Assembly (NCBI GenBank): GCA_002633005.1
Contig: NMRA01000197.1
Location: forward strand, 512,587 to 576,586
DNA: 64,000 nt
Reading direction: 5' to 3'
Origin: Phoronis australis
Lineage: Eukaryota; Animalia; Phoronida
Made by a program: the position numbers and the translations under genes. Shown here piece after piece: positions 1 through 13,704 of this stretch (its first letter is position 1; each line of letters opens with the position of its first letter). The notes under the pieces are model-generated. The model saw nothing but the letters and a program-made list of their open reading frames with translations, ran no database searches and had not been told where the DNA came from.

Positions 1-1604
1 TTGCTTGTTCACTAGAAAATCATGGAATACACCGCGAACTTAAGTGAAAGCCGTGGTTTCTGTCAATTTATCTACTTCCATCATTCAATGTTGTGAAAAT
101 CTACATTTTTTCTGTGGTTTGAACTTTAAGGTTACATTTGCTCGGAAACGGTCCCGCTGTTACGAGTCAGTCGTGAACCGGAGATGCATTATGCCTATGG
201 GCCCCTTCATGGGAGAGAGAAAGTTGTCACCCCGAGCAGCACCGCCAGCAGACGTACATGAACGAACCTGTAGAGATCGCTTCACTTTTCTGGTATTTCA
301 AGCAGCCAGCCTGAATTAAGTTTGTCATAGATGCTAGTAAACTAGTAGCTAGCATTTATACCAAAATCAATTGTCAGGTTTCCGAGCTGACGACAATTTG
401 CGTAACACTTCCTGGATTTTGGATTAAAAGGACTCGTGTCCCCTAATCTTTGCCCCGAGATGCGCACGCATCGATTTTCGCTATCCGCAAATGGTCAAAT
501 GCTAAGCACTAGCGTCATTGTCAACCTGCTGCTCTCGTGACGCCTTGTATACCACTGCTGTAATCACGTGTCGTACAGTTGTCATGCCTGAACCTATAAC
601 TTTAAATTAACTGACAACATTCCGCCACTTCAATCATCAATTACCGTTACAATTAAATTTAATTGCGTCTCATCCAACGACTATATGGACTAAGTAATCA
701 AGCAATATATTCAAAGGCGAGTTTAAATTATTAACAGTTTCGACAAATCCTTTGTACTTAAAAACGACGTTGCGTAATGAAACCAATTAATAAGCATGGT
801 TGCGTGCAAACTGCCAAGGGCCGACAATAAAAAGAAAGAAATTCAGAAGAATATAATCTGTTGAAATGTACAAGAGTTCAATATTCTATGAGACATGCAA
901 GTTTTGAGCCGCACAAACACTCTTATTTCCCAACCTGTGACTTTGTTGGGATTTGAATAGTCTCGTTCCAACATCCAGTGCGCAGTCGACTTCGTGCAAG
1001 CAGAAAATACAGTCAATCTCCCGACTGTTTTGACTTCCTTGTTTGGAAAGTCACGTGAGTTGCCAAGCCTGATAGTATCGGGTATTTACTGCGAACAGAC
1101 ACCAGCACAGTATACGCAGGCAGTGAGATTATAAATGGGTTGTCATTATCCAGCGGATATCAAATGAAATTAAAAGTAAACAGCACCGTTGCAATGACGG
1201 TACCATACAATTTGTGCCCTTGTTGGTAGCCAGGTCGATCTTCGTTGCTAAGTTACTGGAAGTTATTTCTGTGACCAATCTTGAGCCGAAATAGATCGGA
1301 ACCGTCCAGTCTCTGGTACGGTAATAGTCTAGTCTTTTACATAGTTGCACAATATAAGCCGAAGTATTCAGACAAAATGACCCGCAATTCACCGTCATGA
1401 TGAGACAAAATGACCCGGAAGTCACCCTCATGACGGTTGGGTAGAAGTCGAATTCACCATCAGAGTAGTCAGGAAAGATAGCAAAGTGACTAAGCCATTT
1501 TGTAATTAGAGTTTTACCGCCCTAACAGACATTACCAATCTTTTTGCTGTTATCAAGGAAAAATGGTGTTTTATCTGATTTCTTCTTGTTTTGTAGTCCG
1601 GGTG

Positions 1605-1739
1605 TAGTGGCGGATTAGGGGGGGCCTAAAATTCTCCCAGATTCCATTTGGCAATTGAGGGGTGCGAATGTCTGACGGGAAAAATCCTAGCTAATACTCT
1701 GCCCTGGCCCCCTAACTCAAGATTCTGGATCCGCCCCTG
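1605..1739. mobile_element. MITE family A (CAGTGGCGGAT...ATCCGCCCCTG termini), 5-bp TSD GGGTG
   Basis: Imperfect TIRs tagtggcggat / atccgcccctg; gggtg on both flanks; internal sequence shared with 20461-20614 and 38773-39095. Confidence 0.7.
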
Positions 1740-2672
1740 GGGTGTGACGCAACAAAGTCAACTCGTGACTGTACAAGTCGTGTTACGAGATCGGTGTAAA
1801 GTTAACAACATAAATGGTTACTGTCAATGCTATTCAGAGCCTCTAATTACATCAACAATCTGTCAGTTTTAAACCGATCGACAAAACACTGATCACGATC
1901 ATCACGGAGTTTGGTTGTAGGTCACGTAACGACTGTACACCATACTTTATTAAAATGAATGGAAGTTGGATTATTCTACCAAATGTACAATTTAGTTTTA
2001 AAAACAAAAGCATATGCAGATTTCTAACAGAATGCACAAGGTTAAGTTTATATTTCATTTTAATCCAACACGCTGGTTTTTTTATTAGAGACCTGTTTGT
2101 TATTATTCAATTCAACATTACAATATTATTTCAGCACGTTAAAATTTCTAACTTTTTAAAAAGGCATCTAGCTTCCATTAGAAGAATTTTGGTTCATCAG
2201 TGACACAAAATCACTCGTTTCAACACAGACAACTTGTTTTATGTGATCAAGTGAAAATGTGTGATGGAGAAAAGCAAATAATATTTTTCCATAAAATGAA
2301 GGGCTCTCTATACACTACTCTGCTAAAGAACGCATTGAAAATCAGACCAGCATTTGCGGTGATTACGTTGCCTTTAGGTCGAATCTCACCAACAAGGATT
2401 TGTCAAAAATCACCGTTGACAATACATAATTGATTTTTTGTCAGCGAGCTGAATGCGACCTAAAGGCACTAGTATAGTCCGTGACTTTGAATTCAGTTCG
2501 TGAAAAACATTTTCCACTCGTTTTGACATATATATATGGCTTATACTGTACCTTACACGCTTACTGTTTGCCGGAGTGGGACAAAAGTGGCATCTGAACA
2601 AGGAACTAGTCGTAAATGGCTTAAATCGAAAGTTCGCTTCGTAGTCGGGAAACGGGCTTATAGCGACTTTAA

Positions 2673-3088
2673 AGATGTTATGTCTCATTAAAAGCACGGA
2701 TATTTAAATTCCTAGCAAGTGCCACCTTGTGACTTCCTGGAGAACTGTGTGTACAAGTACAATCAGGAAAAGAAACAAAAATGCGGTTTTAAAGATTACA
2801 CTAAAAGTGATACACTTAAAAACAAACGTGAACGAATAAAAAACCCTAGAAATTCCACATATTGCGCAATTTTTATTTGACAGTGAAATGAACAAAGAAT
2901 AAAAACTGTGTCTTGATTTGTTAGGGTAACGGTGACTTATTACCATACTCATTTACATAAAAATAGTCTCGCAAAACGATACTTTCGCGATATTGTAACG
3001 GTAACTGGCATAGCAGAAGACCTGGGGTTATTTTGCAAACTAGTACTTCGTTTGCATATTCACAATTTAATGAGACATATTTGTTACT
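2673..3088. mobile_element. TTAA-flanked non-autonomous DNA transposon (Kolobok-type MITE), copy 1
   Basis: ttaa|agatgttatgtctcattaaa ... tttaatgagacat...ct|ttaa; homologous along its length to 9101-9508. Confidence 0.65.
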
Positions 3089-6000
3089 TTAAAAAACAAT
3101 CATTTGGTCAGGATCCACATTTTGACGCTGAGATGAAAACGCACAGTAGGCTATGCACGCACGACTTCGTATTGACAGGACTGTTCCCTAAACGTATGCT
3201 TGATAGGGGGACCCAAACGTACTGTATTTGGTGTTACGTCTGATAAACATGCAGATCTTTGTTATCTTGCTGCTACATTTTCGACGTTAATTACAGTTTC
3301 TTTGATGGCTACTTACTTCCCAAAGAACAATAAAATGTTACAAGAATGGCGCGTTTTGATTTTGTATTCGCTTCCAGAGAGAAAATACAATATCCAACTG
3401 GCCATTGACCGCACAGTCTATGTTGGTGATGTGCTTGGTGCACGGAAGGGAATGCAGAGCCAATGTGTCGGACTTTTGCTGATCCATGCATGTCACATTC
3501 CACTCTGACATGGAATGTAGATACACGACAAGAAAACGATAGTTAACACTGAAGATATCTCTCCAAGATAACAGGTACATTTATCTAAAAATGTTGATTT
3601 CCCCTTAATCCAGCACACCAGGATAAGCGTAGATACAGCCTTCCATTATCCTGATTCGCTCCAATGCTAATGTACCCAGCGGGGACAAAAACGTACTATA
3701 CATGAACGTTCTTGATATGGAGCTCGTCCACATGCCAACATCCGTGCCACCGATGAACCATGTTTGGCTACCAATAAATAAGAGATATCTCAGTAGTTTT
3801 CATATTAGCACAGACTACTGCGTTAATAACGCCATACTAATGGATTCTAGAAGATTCGATTTATCTGCATGAGCTCTTGCCATGATTTATAATGGGACGG
3901 GTTCAGTAGTTGTACATACAGACTGCCGCTAAAACAAGACCGAGATGAAATATATCCAACAGATGGAATGGCTTGAGACTTTCTTTGACAACTGTAAACA
4001 TAAATTTTGTGTGGGCACAGAATTTGGCATAACCAGTTTAACGTTCTGCTTTGCGCTTATGTACTCGCACCAAATGCGAGTAATTATTCAATATTTATGT
4101 ACGTTATTCGCAGAATCACAAACGTTGAAAGAGGTAAAAAGTGTTAAAGAAGCCGTCAGGCAATATTGGGTACCCACTGCAGAAGGAAACAGAGTGACTT
4201 TTCCCGAGATCACATGACTGGCAAAATGGTAGCGTTTTCGTCAGATATGTGTGTGAACTGGTTTCGCATTTCCCTTTCAAGTGAGATTGAAAATAGATGC
4301 TTTAGTTTTTGTACTATGAACAATTTGGCGCACATTTCGGAACGCACAGGACTGCATAACGTTCAGAGGTGTGCATTCTATCGAATTTTGTTTCGTTTTG
4401 ATTTTACTTATATCGTAAGAAATAATTCAAGTCCTGAAATAAACCAACTTCATATCGTTATTTTTTCAAGATTGTTCTGTGACCGACGAGAGACACATTT
4501 CCAGTTTAATAGCGTAAACACATCATATGTTAGTCTGAACTTGACAATATTTGAGCCTCCGAAGGAGCGTGCAGTATATGGTTAAGTGTAAATATAACGT
4601 CGTCTTCAACAACATCAAAAACAGAACTCAGTCAAAGTATATACATAAATATTCTTTGGCTTGTAAAATTTAATTTCGGATTTTATAACATTCTCATAGT
4701 TGTTATTTTAAAAGAAAGGTACATTCAGGGCAAAACAATGGTATCAATAACGCGATCAAATTTCTTTGACGTCAGTATTTAAGATGGAACCTCAGAAACG
4801 CGGTCACCGTTTTTGATTGTGGTAACGCACTAGCTTAGGCATGCGTTCTTTGGCGATTTTGGATGGCGTTGTGGTTAAACATGAACGTCGTATGGCAGTG
4901 GTGTAGTCCTGGAAAAAAAATTGCAGACGCCAGACCAAAATGACGAACTGAATTATAAATACAGCACGTAGCCTCTATTTTATAACCATTGCGAGAAATT
5001 AAGGATACAGTACAGTGAGAAGGCAAATTTATTAAGGGTACTCCTTGACCGCGCAAAGACGATCGTGTCCCATGCGTTCCTCCTCGACTGTACCCCTGCA
5101 CGCGACTTTTGGAGATCTCAATTTGTGGAGTTCCTGACCACAAGGCAGTTAGAAAGTAACATTATTTTTTGCTATCATTCTAACGACAGAAGCATGTATT
5201 TATAGATCATGGAGTTAACATTGATTAACTTAATGAAATTACGTATATATTAGCGCATAACTGTCAAAATAATTAGTAAGCAAAGGTCCGAGGCATGCGG
5301 TGAATGTACCAAGTACGTACTGAGATTTGTGTCATGGACTCCTCTAGCTTTTGAAAAATGGAAATTTGAAACTGTTGACTGTACTGTGTACGAAACTGAA
5401 GAGAGATTACCGTAGTTAACGCATAACCAATGCTTTTTCGCGCACTGTTCATGAGCAATACCTTCCTCAAAACTCCACTTGTTAGCGTGATGGAGCTCAG
5501 CGTTTCCCAGTAAATACAGTTTTAACAATACTACACGCCACTATAATACCCAGATATAACAAGTTTACATTTTATCGATTATACACATCTTCGCTAATAG
5601 AAGAGCTCGCTTACATAGTAAATTGCTAAAGCATATGTTTTGGGTAAATCAGGGCCTTATTCCAACCCGAAAAACAAATCCATAGGAAGTAGTCGTTAAA
5701 CCTTAATGCCGGGGGAATAATCAGTGTAACTTTTGCGTTTCAAACAAAACCGATTCGTAATATTTTTTTCCGGAAACTAGCATGACCTGCGTTAAAATGT
5801 TACGCAGGTGAATCTGCTTTTGCACCTCCCAAAGACAACGTTATTTCAGAAACAACATAGAATCATGATGTTGTCAAATTATGTAAAATTCGGCGTCTTA
5901 CATTGTTACATAGAAAATTCAAAGGTAAGACATTTTTAAATTTTCACATCTAAATTCTCCCAAGGGTCCCTAATTTACGTAATGGCTTTAACAACCTAGC

Positions 6001-6210
6001 TCAAGTTTCAAAGACCATGTCATTAACTATTGTCTTCAATTGTGCAAACAACAAACCAACTATATTTTCGGTTAAACTAAGCACAAACTTTTATCATATT
6101 AAGGCAGCTCGCGCTTTTTAAGAATCCATGCTATTAGAATTTTTGATTGTTTTTATTTTTCTTGAATTAAACTAGACAAAATTTCACGACTCTTCACAAA
6201 CGTTGAGAAA

Positions 6211-6298
6211 ACGCTTACTCTTGTAAATTTTCATTTTCTCAATTAAAAAATACGTCAATTTTTAATCGAGAAAATGAAAATTTACAAAAGTAAGCGTC
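6211..6298. repeat. Long imperfect palindrome (~39-bp arms), probably internal to a MITE
   Basis: acgcttactcttgtaaattttcattttctcaattaaaaa ... tttttaatcgagaaaatgaaaatttacaaaagtaagcgt. Confidence 0.75.
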
Positions 6299-6615
6299 TT
6301 CAACCACGGCTAGCGTATTTTCAATATAAGGACGGTCACGTGAGCTATACTTTCCAGAATGCAACGAAAATATACTAATGCCGACGTCGAGTTCAGAAAA
6401 TCTAACCCCTGCTTTATTCCCAAGAACCTATAATTCTACACTCTTCTGATGATCGCATGTTACACGCGTATATAGTGATAATTCATGCTTAAGTCATGGT
6501 CGAGCAACTAACATTGGAAATGGGCGATGAGGTACAGGGTCTCCACAACATGTCAGAGTAAGGCCAAAAAGAGGCAGAACTGAACTGAAATGCTGCTGAC
6601 TTCGACGATAGATCG

Positions 6616-6827
6616 CATGCGCGCACCCGAGGGGGGGGGGCTCGGGGGGCGAAGTGGCAAAAAGGTCCGCCACAGATAAACAAAAAGTCCGAGAAAACGA
6701 GACAAAAGTCCACTGAAAAGGCACAGATGCACAGTTAAGGTGGTATCCCGTTTTTTAGTCCTCCTGGTTTTTTATCAGCAAAAGGTCTACATCGCCAGAA
6801 ATTCGAGCCCCCCCCCGTGCGCGCATG
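6616..6827. mobile_element. MITE family B (CATGCGCGCACCC TIR), 5-bp TSD GATCG
   Basis: gatcg|catgcgcgcacccg ... gtgcgcgcatg|gatcg; several copies in window. Confidence 0.85.
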
Positions 6828-7694
6828 GATCGGGTTCCTTGTGGCGGTGCTACTCATTGTTTGGCTTGGTGAGCTATCCAAACCTGACCCAGTAGAATGT
6901 TAGCAAGTTCGCTGTTCGTTTCCACGAACAGTTTCTCCCGTAAATCATTTCGCCTTCCTTTGAGTCCCACCATCCAGTCACCACTATGAAGTTTGCAACG
7001 GCCTTTCTCGTGTGTTTTCTTTGTTGACTCACTTGGTCTCAGTGGAGGTCTGCCAGGTCACGTTTTCGTGATGACACAAGTTGCCCATTACCGTTAGTCA
7101 TATCACAAGCTGTGACGTCACAGGCCTTTGATTGGCAATGTTTCAGACTATTGAGGGGACGCTGATTAATTTTTTTTTCGCGATTGTTCTCGGCTTTACG
7201 GATTGTTTGCTCCAGAATCGAAGATCATGCTTGTTTTCGGTGTACAACATGCACAATTCCGATTTAATTTGAATTTTAACTATAACCATCCTATTCAGAA
7301 ACTCTGATCCAGCAATTTTAACATACTAGATCTCAGATTTATTTTGTAACATACAAACCAATAATCCCATTCCTCTGATGGAGTGAACTTGTCCTAAAGG
7401 TTTTTTCTTTCTCTTCGTCAAACGTTTTTAGACTTTTTTCCTTTTAGGGAGCTCATGCATTTTTAGTTTCGACTCCCATTCGTAGATAATCTGACAACTG
7501 AGTAACCCCCAATTTATCCTCTATCTCATTGTCGCCCATCGTTTGAAGTCGAAAAATAAAAATGTGCCGGCCCACCTGTTCAAGTGAACATAGTCACATT
7601 TTGTTTAAAAACTACTAATTGTACGATAAAAACCGAGTCCCTCTATTTAAAGCGGTTATAAAACCGCGTTCCATAGAAGAAACTAACTTTTTAT

Positions 7695-7913
7695 GTATAC
7701 CATACTGCGGATGAACCTGACCTTTACTCAGCCATGTGATTGTTGGTATATACACCATACTGCGGATGAACCTGACCTTTACTCAGCCATGTGATTGTTG
7801 GTATATACACCATACTGCGGATGAACCTGACCTTTACTCAGCCATGTGATTGTTGGTATATACACCATACTGCGGATCAACCTGACCTTTACTCAGCCAT
7901 GTGATTGTTGGTA
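7695..7913. repeat. 55-bp tandem minisatellite, ~4 copies
   Basis: catactgcggat recurs at 7701, 7756, 7811, 7866 with near-identical units and no unique spacers. Confidence 0.95.
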
Positions 7914-8973
7914 TTACAAAGAAAATGACACATTGTAACTTGTGGAGACTAATCTCAAACAGTAATGAGCTCCAGTTCTTTCTACTATGAACTCGGAAAT
8001 TCACACTGTTTTAACTAATTAGTACGATTTGAGACCATTTCACAAAGGTAAATTGTCGAAATCAAACGTTCAATTTTTTGCCACGTAAGGTGGATGTGTT
8101 GCCGCTTCAAACTTTTAGTTAAAAACTTAATTTTGTAAAACAGGAATTGCAATGCAACCTTCGATTCACGTTGTTTTCTGAAAAACAAAAATAGGAACGT
8201 GATTTTGCGAAATATCGCAAACCCACAGAGTCACGAGAGTAATGAGGTAGTAGGTGTTTCGCGAGTGAGCTCGAAACCTGTGTAGCCCAGCCTAGCAAAA
8301 CGATGCGTGGCCATTGAAGTGGTGAATCATTGAAGAAAATTCACAATTTCCCTTTTAAAATCGAAGATTTCTCACCGCAAGGATCTGTCGAGTGTCTAGC
8401 TTTACAAAACGCAGTTCAGTTTTTAAGAGCCTTGAACCCGACCGTTCACTACGCCTACGTTTGTGACAACTGGTTGCGTTTTAGTATAGAGTTTACTAGT
8501 TGACACGGCGCGCAATGTCCCCAATACGAAATATGTTAGCAATGGCGCTACTACACTTCGAACTTTCATTACACATATATTAACAACTTTCTGAAGACAC
8601 TGTATAGGAAATGCCATTAGTTTAAAGGAAAGTGACTGCTTTGGAATATCACTTCAGCTAATTCACTACTGGCGAGGCTGTTGCTACGCGTATAAATTGC
8701 TTTTAGAAAGATTAAAAACTTAATAAACGGATATACAATGTGGAAGTACTTGATTAGCACGCTCAGATCAGCTAATATTAGGGCTAGAGTTGGAGGGCAA
8801 ACTTGGTTTTACAGCCGGAACCATTTTAGGGTTAATTTTTGGTAGAATTTTCTTCTTGGCAATTAGCTTTGACCTGGAGAGCCATCAAACAAAATATGTA
8901 GTTTTTGTGATGCTGATTTAAATTTCCATTTGTGATTATGTGTAATTAAATCATTCGATTTGTAAACAACTAA

Positions 8974-9081
8974 AATTTCAAATATGGAGTCGGTTCTCCT
9001 TCCTGTTGTGTAGGTTCCCCCTAGTAATTTCAAATATGGAGTCAGTTCTCCTTCCTGTTGTGTAGGTTCCCCCTAGTAATT
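8974..9081. repeat. 52-bp tandem duplication
   Basis: aatttcaaatatggagtc(g/a)gttctccttcctgttgtgtaggttccccctagt at 8974 and 9026. Confidence 0.95.
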
Positions 9082-9100
9082 TGCGCTATTCAGATTTTGA

Positions 9101-9508
9101 AGATGCTATGTCTCATTAAAACCGTGAATGTATAAATTTGTAACAAACGCCTCCTAATGACTTCCTCTCGAACTGCGTGTGCAAGTATAATCAGGAAAAG
9201 AAACAATTTGCAAATAAATTGTGATTTTAAAGGAACATTACAGCTGATACACTTGAAAACAAATGTGAGCATATAAAAAACTAGTAATTCCAGATATTAC
9301 GCAATCTTTACTTGATAGTGAAACTATGCCTTGTTTTATTGGGGTACCGACGTACTCATTTACATAAAATAGTGTCGCAAAACGAGACTTTCGCGAGATT
9401 GTAATGGGAACTGGTTCTCGATTTGTTTCCGGCACACTGGAGGACCCGGGGTTGTTTGTAAATTAATGCTTCATTTGCATATTCGCAATTTAATGAGACT
9501 ATGCATCT
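9101..9508. mobile_element. TTAA-type MITE, copy 2 (homologous to 2673-3088)
   Basis: agatgctatgtctcattaaa ... tttaatgagactatgcatct|ttaa; shared internal blocks such as tactcatttacataaaatagt. Confidence 0.7.
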
Positions 9509-9784
9509 TTAATCTTAAATGTTGTTTTAATGGGTAAGTCCAAAAACAATGTGATTTTATTTACGCTGCTCACAGACAAGTTAACAATACTCTTTCGGCT
9601 TTATTTTCGCTTGAATTAAGATAAAATGACTTCAAATGCAAACGGGTTTATCAAAACGTCTTCTCAAATAATGCCCATTCGACATGAGATCATTTTTGTC
9701 AAATTAAATATAACATAATATATTTGCTTGTAATTCTAGTCTACTCTGCGACTCATTAAATGTAATTTGGTTAAATTACTAAGT

Positions 9785-10145
9785 TCTTATACCACATTCA
9801 AGGGTTTACCTTGAAAATCGGCAGGTCTTGTGGTTGATTCTGCCTTCTTCTTCGGTGTAGGTGGCGCTGTATGTAGTTACACGTCATAAACGCGGGGAAG
9901 TTTGGAACCTCCTTCATCCCGGTTCGTCGAACACATATTTTCTCTGATGCAGATGGATTCCGTTATTTTCCTATGACCAGTGTTATTTTCATTTGTTAGC
10001 ATGTTGAAACCGTAAGGGTCAATGGCAGGATTATTTTGCTAAGCGTGATCTGTAATTACAGACTTATTAAATACAGTAACTTTAATATGCTTTTCGTTAG
10101 GATCTTGTGAACACTCTGGCCGTGCTCTCGTCCACCTCCTTCCTT
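9785..10145 (-). mobile_element. Penelope-like retroelement 3' remnant (GIY-YIG endonuclease C-terminus plus 3' UTR)
   Basis: Minus strand reads KEVDESTARVFTRS*RK / FNKSVITDHA*QNNPAID...RKITESICIRENMCSTNRDEGGSKLPRVYD, matching the Penelope KSAITDH...RKIKESI.I...NRDEG pattern; stops and a frameshift. Confidence 0.75.
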
Positions 10146-10851
10146 TGGCGATATAATTTGATTATTTTTCCAGATCCCTGGAAACACTGAGAGAAACACT
10201 CTGACGCGTGTTATATACATTCATTTATTGTCCGCTTGTTCATGCTCAGATTTAAGATCAACAACTTGAGTAACTTGGACTAAACCGTTTTAATAGTACT
10301 TTTTTGTGCATCAGCCAAGAACTTCTTACTCTGGTACCCGCGGTAGATGTACCATGTGCATACACCGCGGGTACCAGAAATGAGTTTCACAGTTTGTGAT
10401 TGGCTAATGTTGTTCTTTACACCGCCCTCTACGGCTCAACAGATGTGACAGCTTAACCTATGTAAACTTCGATTTTTACAAAAAGAGCAACTTAAAGCGT
10501 GGGATTTTTTTAAAATAATGAATTAGAAATATTTTGCTTAATCACGCAAAAAGCAACTTGCGGGTGGTGAAAGTCTTCTACAGTTCAGGAACCAATTGAA
10601 TCCCTCGCTGAGTCTTAACTGAGTTTTCGAATGACTTACGGTACTCAGTGGTATAATTATACAAAACTCGCTTTCCAAAATGACCATATCTGCTTTGAAA
10701 ATCCGATAAAGTTTCTATAGTCTTATGCAGCGTTTTTGATGTGAAACGACTCACAGTTTTTCATTTTGTTCATAGACGGAATTCTCTGCAACGTGGATGA
10801 AAGGTAACAAGTCCAATTTATGACCACTGCCAGGCAAAACCATAGAGAACT

Positions 10852-11626
10852 CATAGGCGGATTTAGGGGGGGGTGNGCTCAGATCTAATTTCAAGTGTCA
10901 AATTCGGAACACAGCGCATTCGTAACGGAACTATGGCTAAGTGTAGGCTCCCCCGCGATATCCCAGGCGACCGGTAGTGGCGCTGCGCACTACGACTCAG
11001 TTTTCGTCGTCTGCTCCACCGTGCAATGAAGAAAATTGACCTCATTTTTAAAAGAAAATGGAACCTGAGTGACGATGAAAAAATAGAAGCTGCTGGTAAG
11101 ATATGAATTTTAATCTAAGCCTTAGTGAATCACTCAGAAACTCATTAATTTTTTCTTTGTCAAACCTTAACTTAAGACGATTTCCAACGCAATCCCGTCA
11201 TTATTGCCAACACGAAAAACGGATTTGGTCTTTAGGGCATTTGATGACTATTTTAAATACAAAAAAATTGTTAAGAACCGATTGCACAAAATATAAAACG
11301 TGTAATAAGCATTACAAAAAGAAGTAGGTTTCGCGCGCAAACGCTGTGGACCATAAACAAGTAGGTCTCTTAGTATTAGGTTAGTATTGGTGTCGTGGTG
11401 GTGTAGTGGTAAAGTACGCGCGTCCTACCAGTCAGGCCGTGAGCTCGAATCTGTGGAACTCTCAGACTTTCCTGTGTGACACTTTCCCCGTTTTTTTGCC
11501 TTTTTTCTTGGATAATACTTCAGAAATCAAGGAAAATGCTATGCGCATCTACAATCGTGGTTTGCGCAAATGCTTACGGCCGGAAAAAATGTTGGCCCCC
11601 CTTGTGATATCCTAGATCCGCCACTG
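10852..11626. mobile_element. Longer non-autonomous DNA transposon with family A-like ends, 5-bp TSD GAACT
   Basis: gaact|cataggcggatttagggg ... cctagatccgccactg|gaact. Confidence 0.75.
11392..11460 (+). other. tRNA-like (Pol III A/B box) sequence, SINE head or tRNA pseudogene
   Basis: gtcgtggtggtgtagtggtaaag (A box) ... gagctcgaatc (B-box-like); cloverleaf imperfect. Confidence 0.45.
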
Positions 11627-13022
11627 GAACTGTACAGTTCCTCATTAGTGTCACTAGATGGCGGCCTGCGGGTTGTTGCAATTACATGTTAAATAGTGTA
11701 GCTGATTTTCAATGTAAATCAGCTTATTTTGATTCTGAATTTATACAACAGAAGTTATGGTCTGGATCGAGTCATTGGCTTTCAACTGTTTGCTTCAATA
11801 CACATGCTATTTTATCCTTTCCGACTAACCAAATAACATAGCAGAGACTAGACATCTCTGATCTATTCTGGTTCACGACGTGGAACAACTTAAACAACAA
11901 AGACTGGTCCTCCCAGCAACACGGACATTTATTGGTCCTCTCATCACTATGGTCACCAATGCCTGCGAAGTATTGTGAAATGAAGAGTAGAATTCGCAAT
12001 AATCGTTCTTATCTGAGACGCTGAATTATGCAGCACGCTCCCTATGCAAACGTTTGGAATTTGACCACAGTCCACAAATTCGAAACTGTGTGTTTGTTAG
12101 AGTGCACAGGGTCCGCATTTCGTGACGATAAAGTTCTTTGCAAAGTGTTACGCGTTCCCACTATGTACGTGTGGGGACTCAGATCAAAGTAAGATTCATC
12201 GCCCAAGGCGGTTGTCTGTCAAAAATAATCCCAAATATGAGTTTTCAGGCGGTAAAATGCTAATATCCCTTTAAATAACAAAGTTATTAAATTCTAACTA
12301 CTCGTAAAATCTATTGCGTGATAACTCAAACATTTTAGTTGAGCGGTTTTCCATTACTTTGGTGTTTCTGCGAATGTATCAAAGGGTGGTATTGAACAAC
12401 GAAGCAAACTGAGATGTCCTTCATACAGCCAATTCCTCTATATTTAGTTCATGCTATTTAGACTTAGTATCTCTATCGATGGGCTTAATAACGTCATAGA
12501 TAAAGTTAAAAAACTAGTGTTTCTCCACTCACAGTCATTGTAAAATTGTTGCGCATGAAACCTATGACTTGAAACTTGGGTTCCGTATATTTGTATAACG
12601 ACGTATGTCTTCAAAAATTATTAAACATTACAATTTATGTTCGGTAACAGCGTTTTACACGTTTTCCTACAAAGACGTTAAAACATCTTCTAAACTTATA
12701 TTTCATTACCCATATTCACGGATGTTTACAAAAACAATGAGGTGTTTTTGTTTACAAAAGATCATCCCGTATTTAAATCTCCCACGCTGTAACCGTCCAC
12801 CGTACTTCAGAAATATGCGACGACCGCAGAGTTACGCTTCACCCAAAGTCGGTGGTTTTCGTTTTAGGATTTTGTTTAATTTCATTTACAGTTTTTTAAA
12901 GATTTTACTTTGTCTGACTGTAGCGGAGATTCCCTTACTACGACAAGTGCGAATATTCCATTGTCATGTAAATGTCGAATTTGTCCAATGGTGTGTATTT
13001 CAAGCAAAACTGCATTACTTAC

Positions 13023-13704
13023 CTAATGTGATATTTGCTGTTTGAATCTTCTTAATGGCATTCTGTCTAGCTTGGTAAAACCACTCGGAATCATTCCCTA
13101 GATACTTGTATTCAACAGATAAATCTTTCACCATGATGCCCGAATTATTAGGCAGGCGATAGGCGTACGGGCAGAACAAGTAATATTCTTTGAATTGTTT
13201 GTAATCGTAACAGTTTCCACCAGCAAATATGTCGTCGTCCCCTTCAACGATGTTTACCACCTGTGCGTAATATAGTTCCTCAGATTCCAAGATGCCGGGC
13301 GAGGCGTGTTTCCAGATGCGCGTCAGCAGATTGGCGCGGTTAACGGCAACCATTGCTTGCTGTTTGAAACGCAAAACGCCGTATTGTTGCACGACACCGT
13401 CTCCAAGATTGTGTTGTGTGCCCGCAGAACAATTGTCAACATTTGCCTCGTACTGTTCGACAAGCCGTAAAAAATTGGCAACAACGTCGTTCTCGTAAGC
13501 AAGTTTCTGCGATTCCTCTAATCTTTCCAGATAAAGTTTTTCTTCATAGCTTGCCTTCAGAACACTGAACAGATCAACTCGCTCGTCAGGGTCATTCGCG
13601 AGAACATGGCTTGTGTACACAAATAAACACATAGAAATTAAAACCAGCCTGATCGGATAGCCGGCTTTGTCAAAACAGATCCGCCTCATACCGCAGTACG
13701 GCAT
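13023..13704 (-). CDS. First coding exon of a GPR158/GPR179/Drosophila CG31760-like class C-related GPCR (signal peptide plus extracellular domain start)
   Basis: Hydrophobic leader (LVLISMCLFVYTSHVLA); motifs QAMVAVNRANLLTRIW, DDDIFAGGNCYD, LFCPYAYR, VKDLSVEYKYL, EWF; ends at donor G|GTAAGT (GT at 13022-13021). Confidence 0.8.

Noticed and set aside
7695-7913. Possible CRISPR array
   Set aside because: Contiguous near-identical 55-bp units with no unique spacers, no cas genes, eukaryotic context
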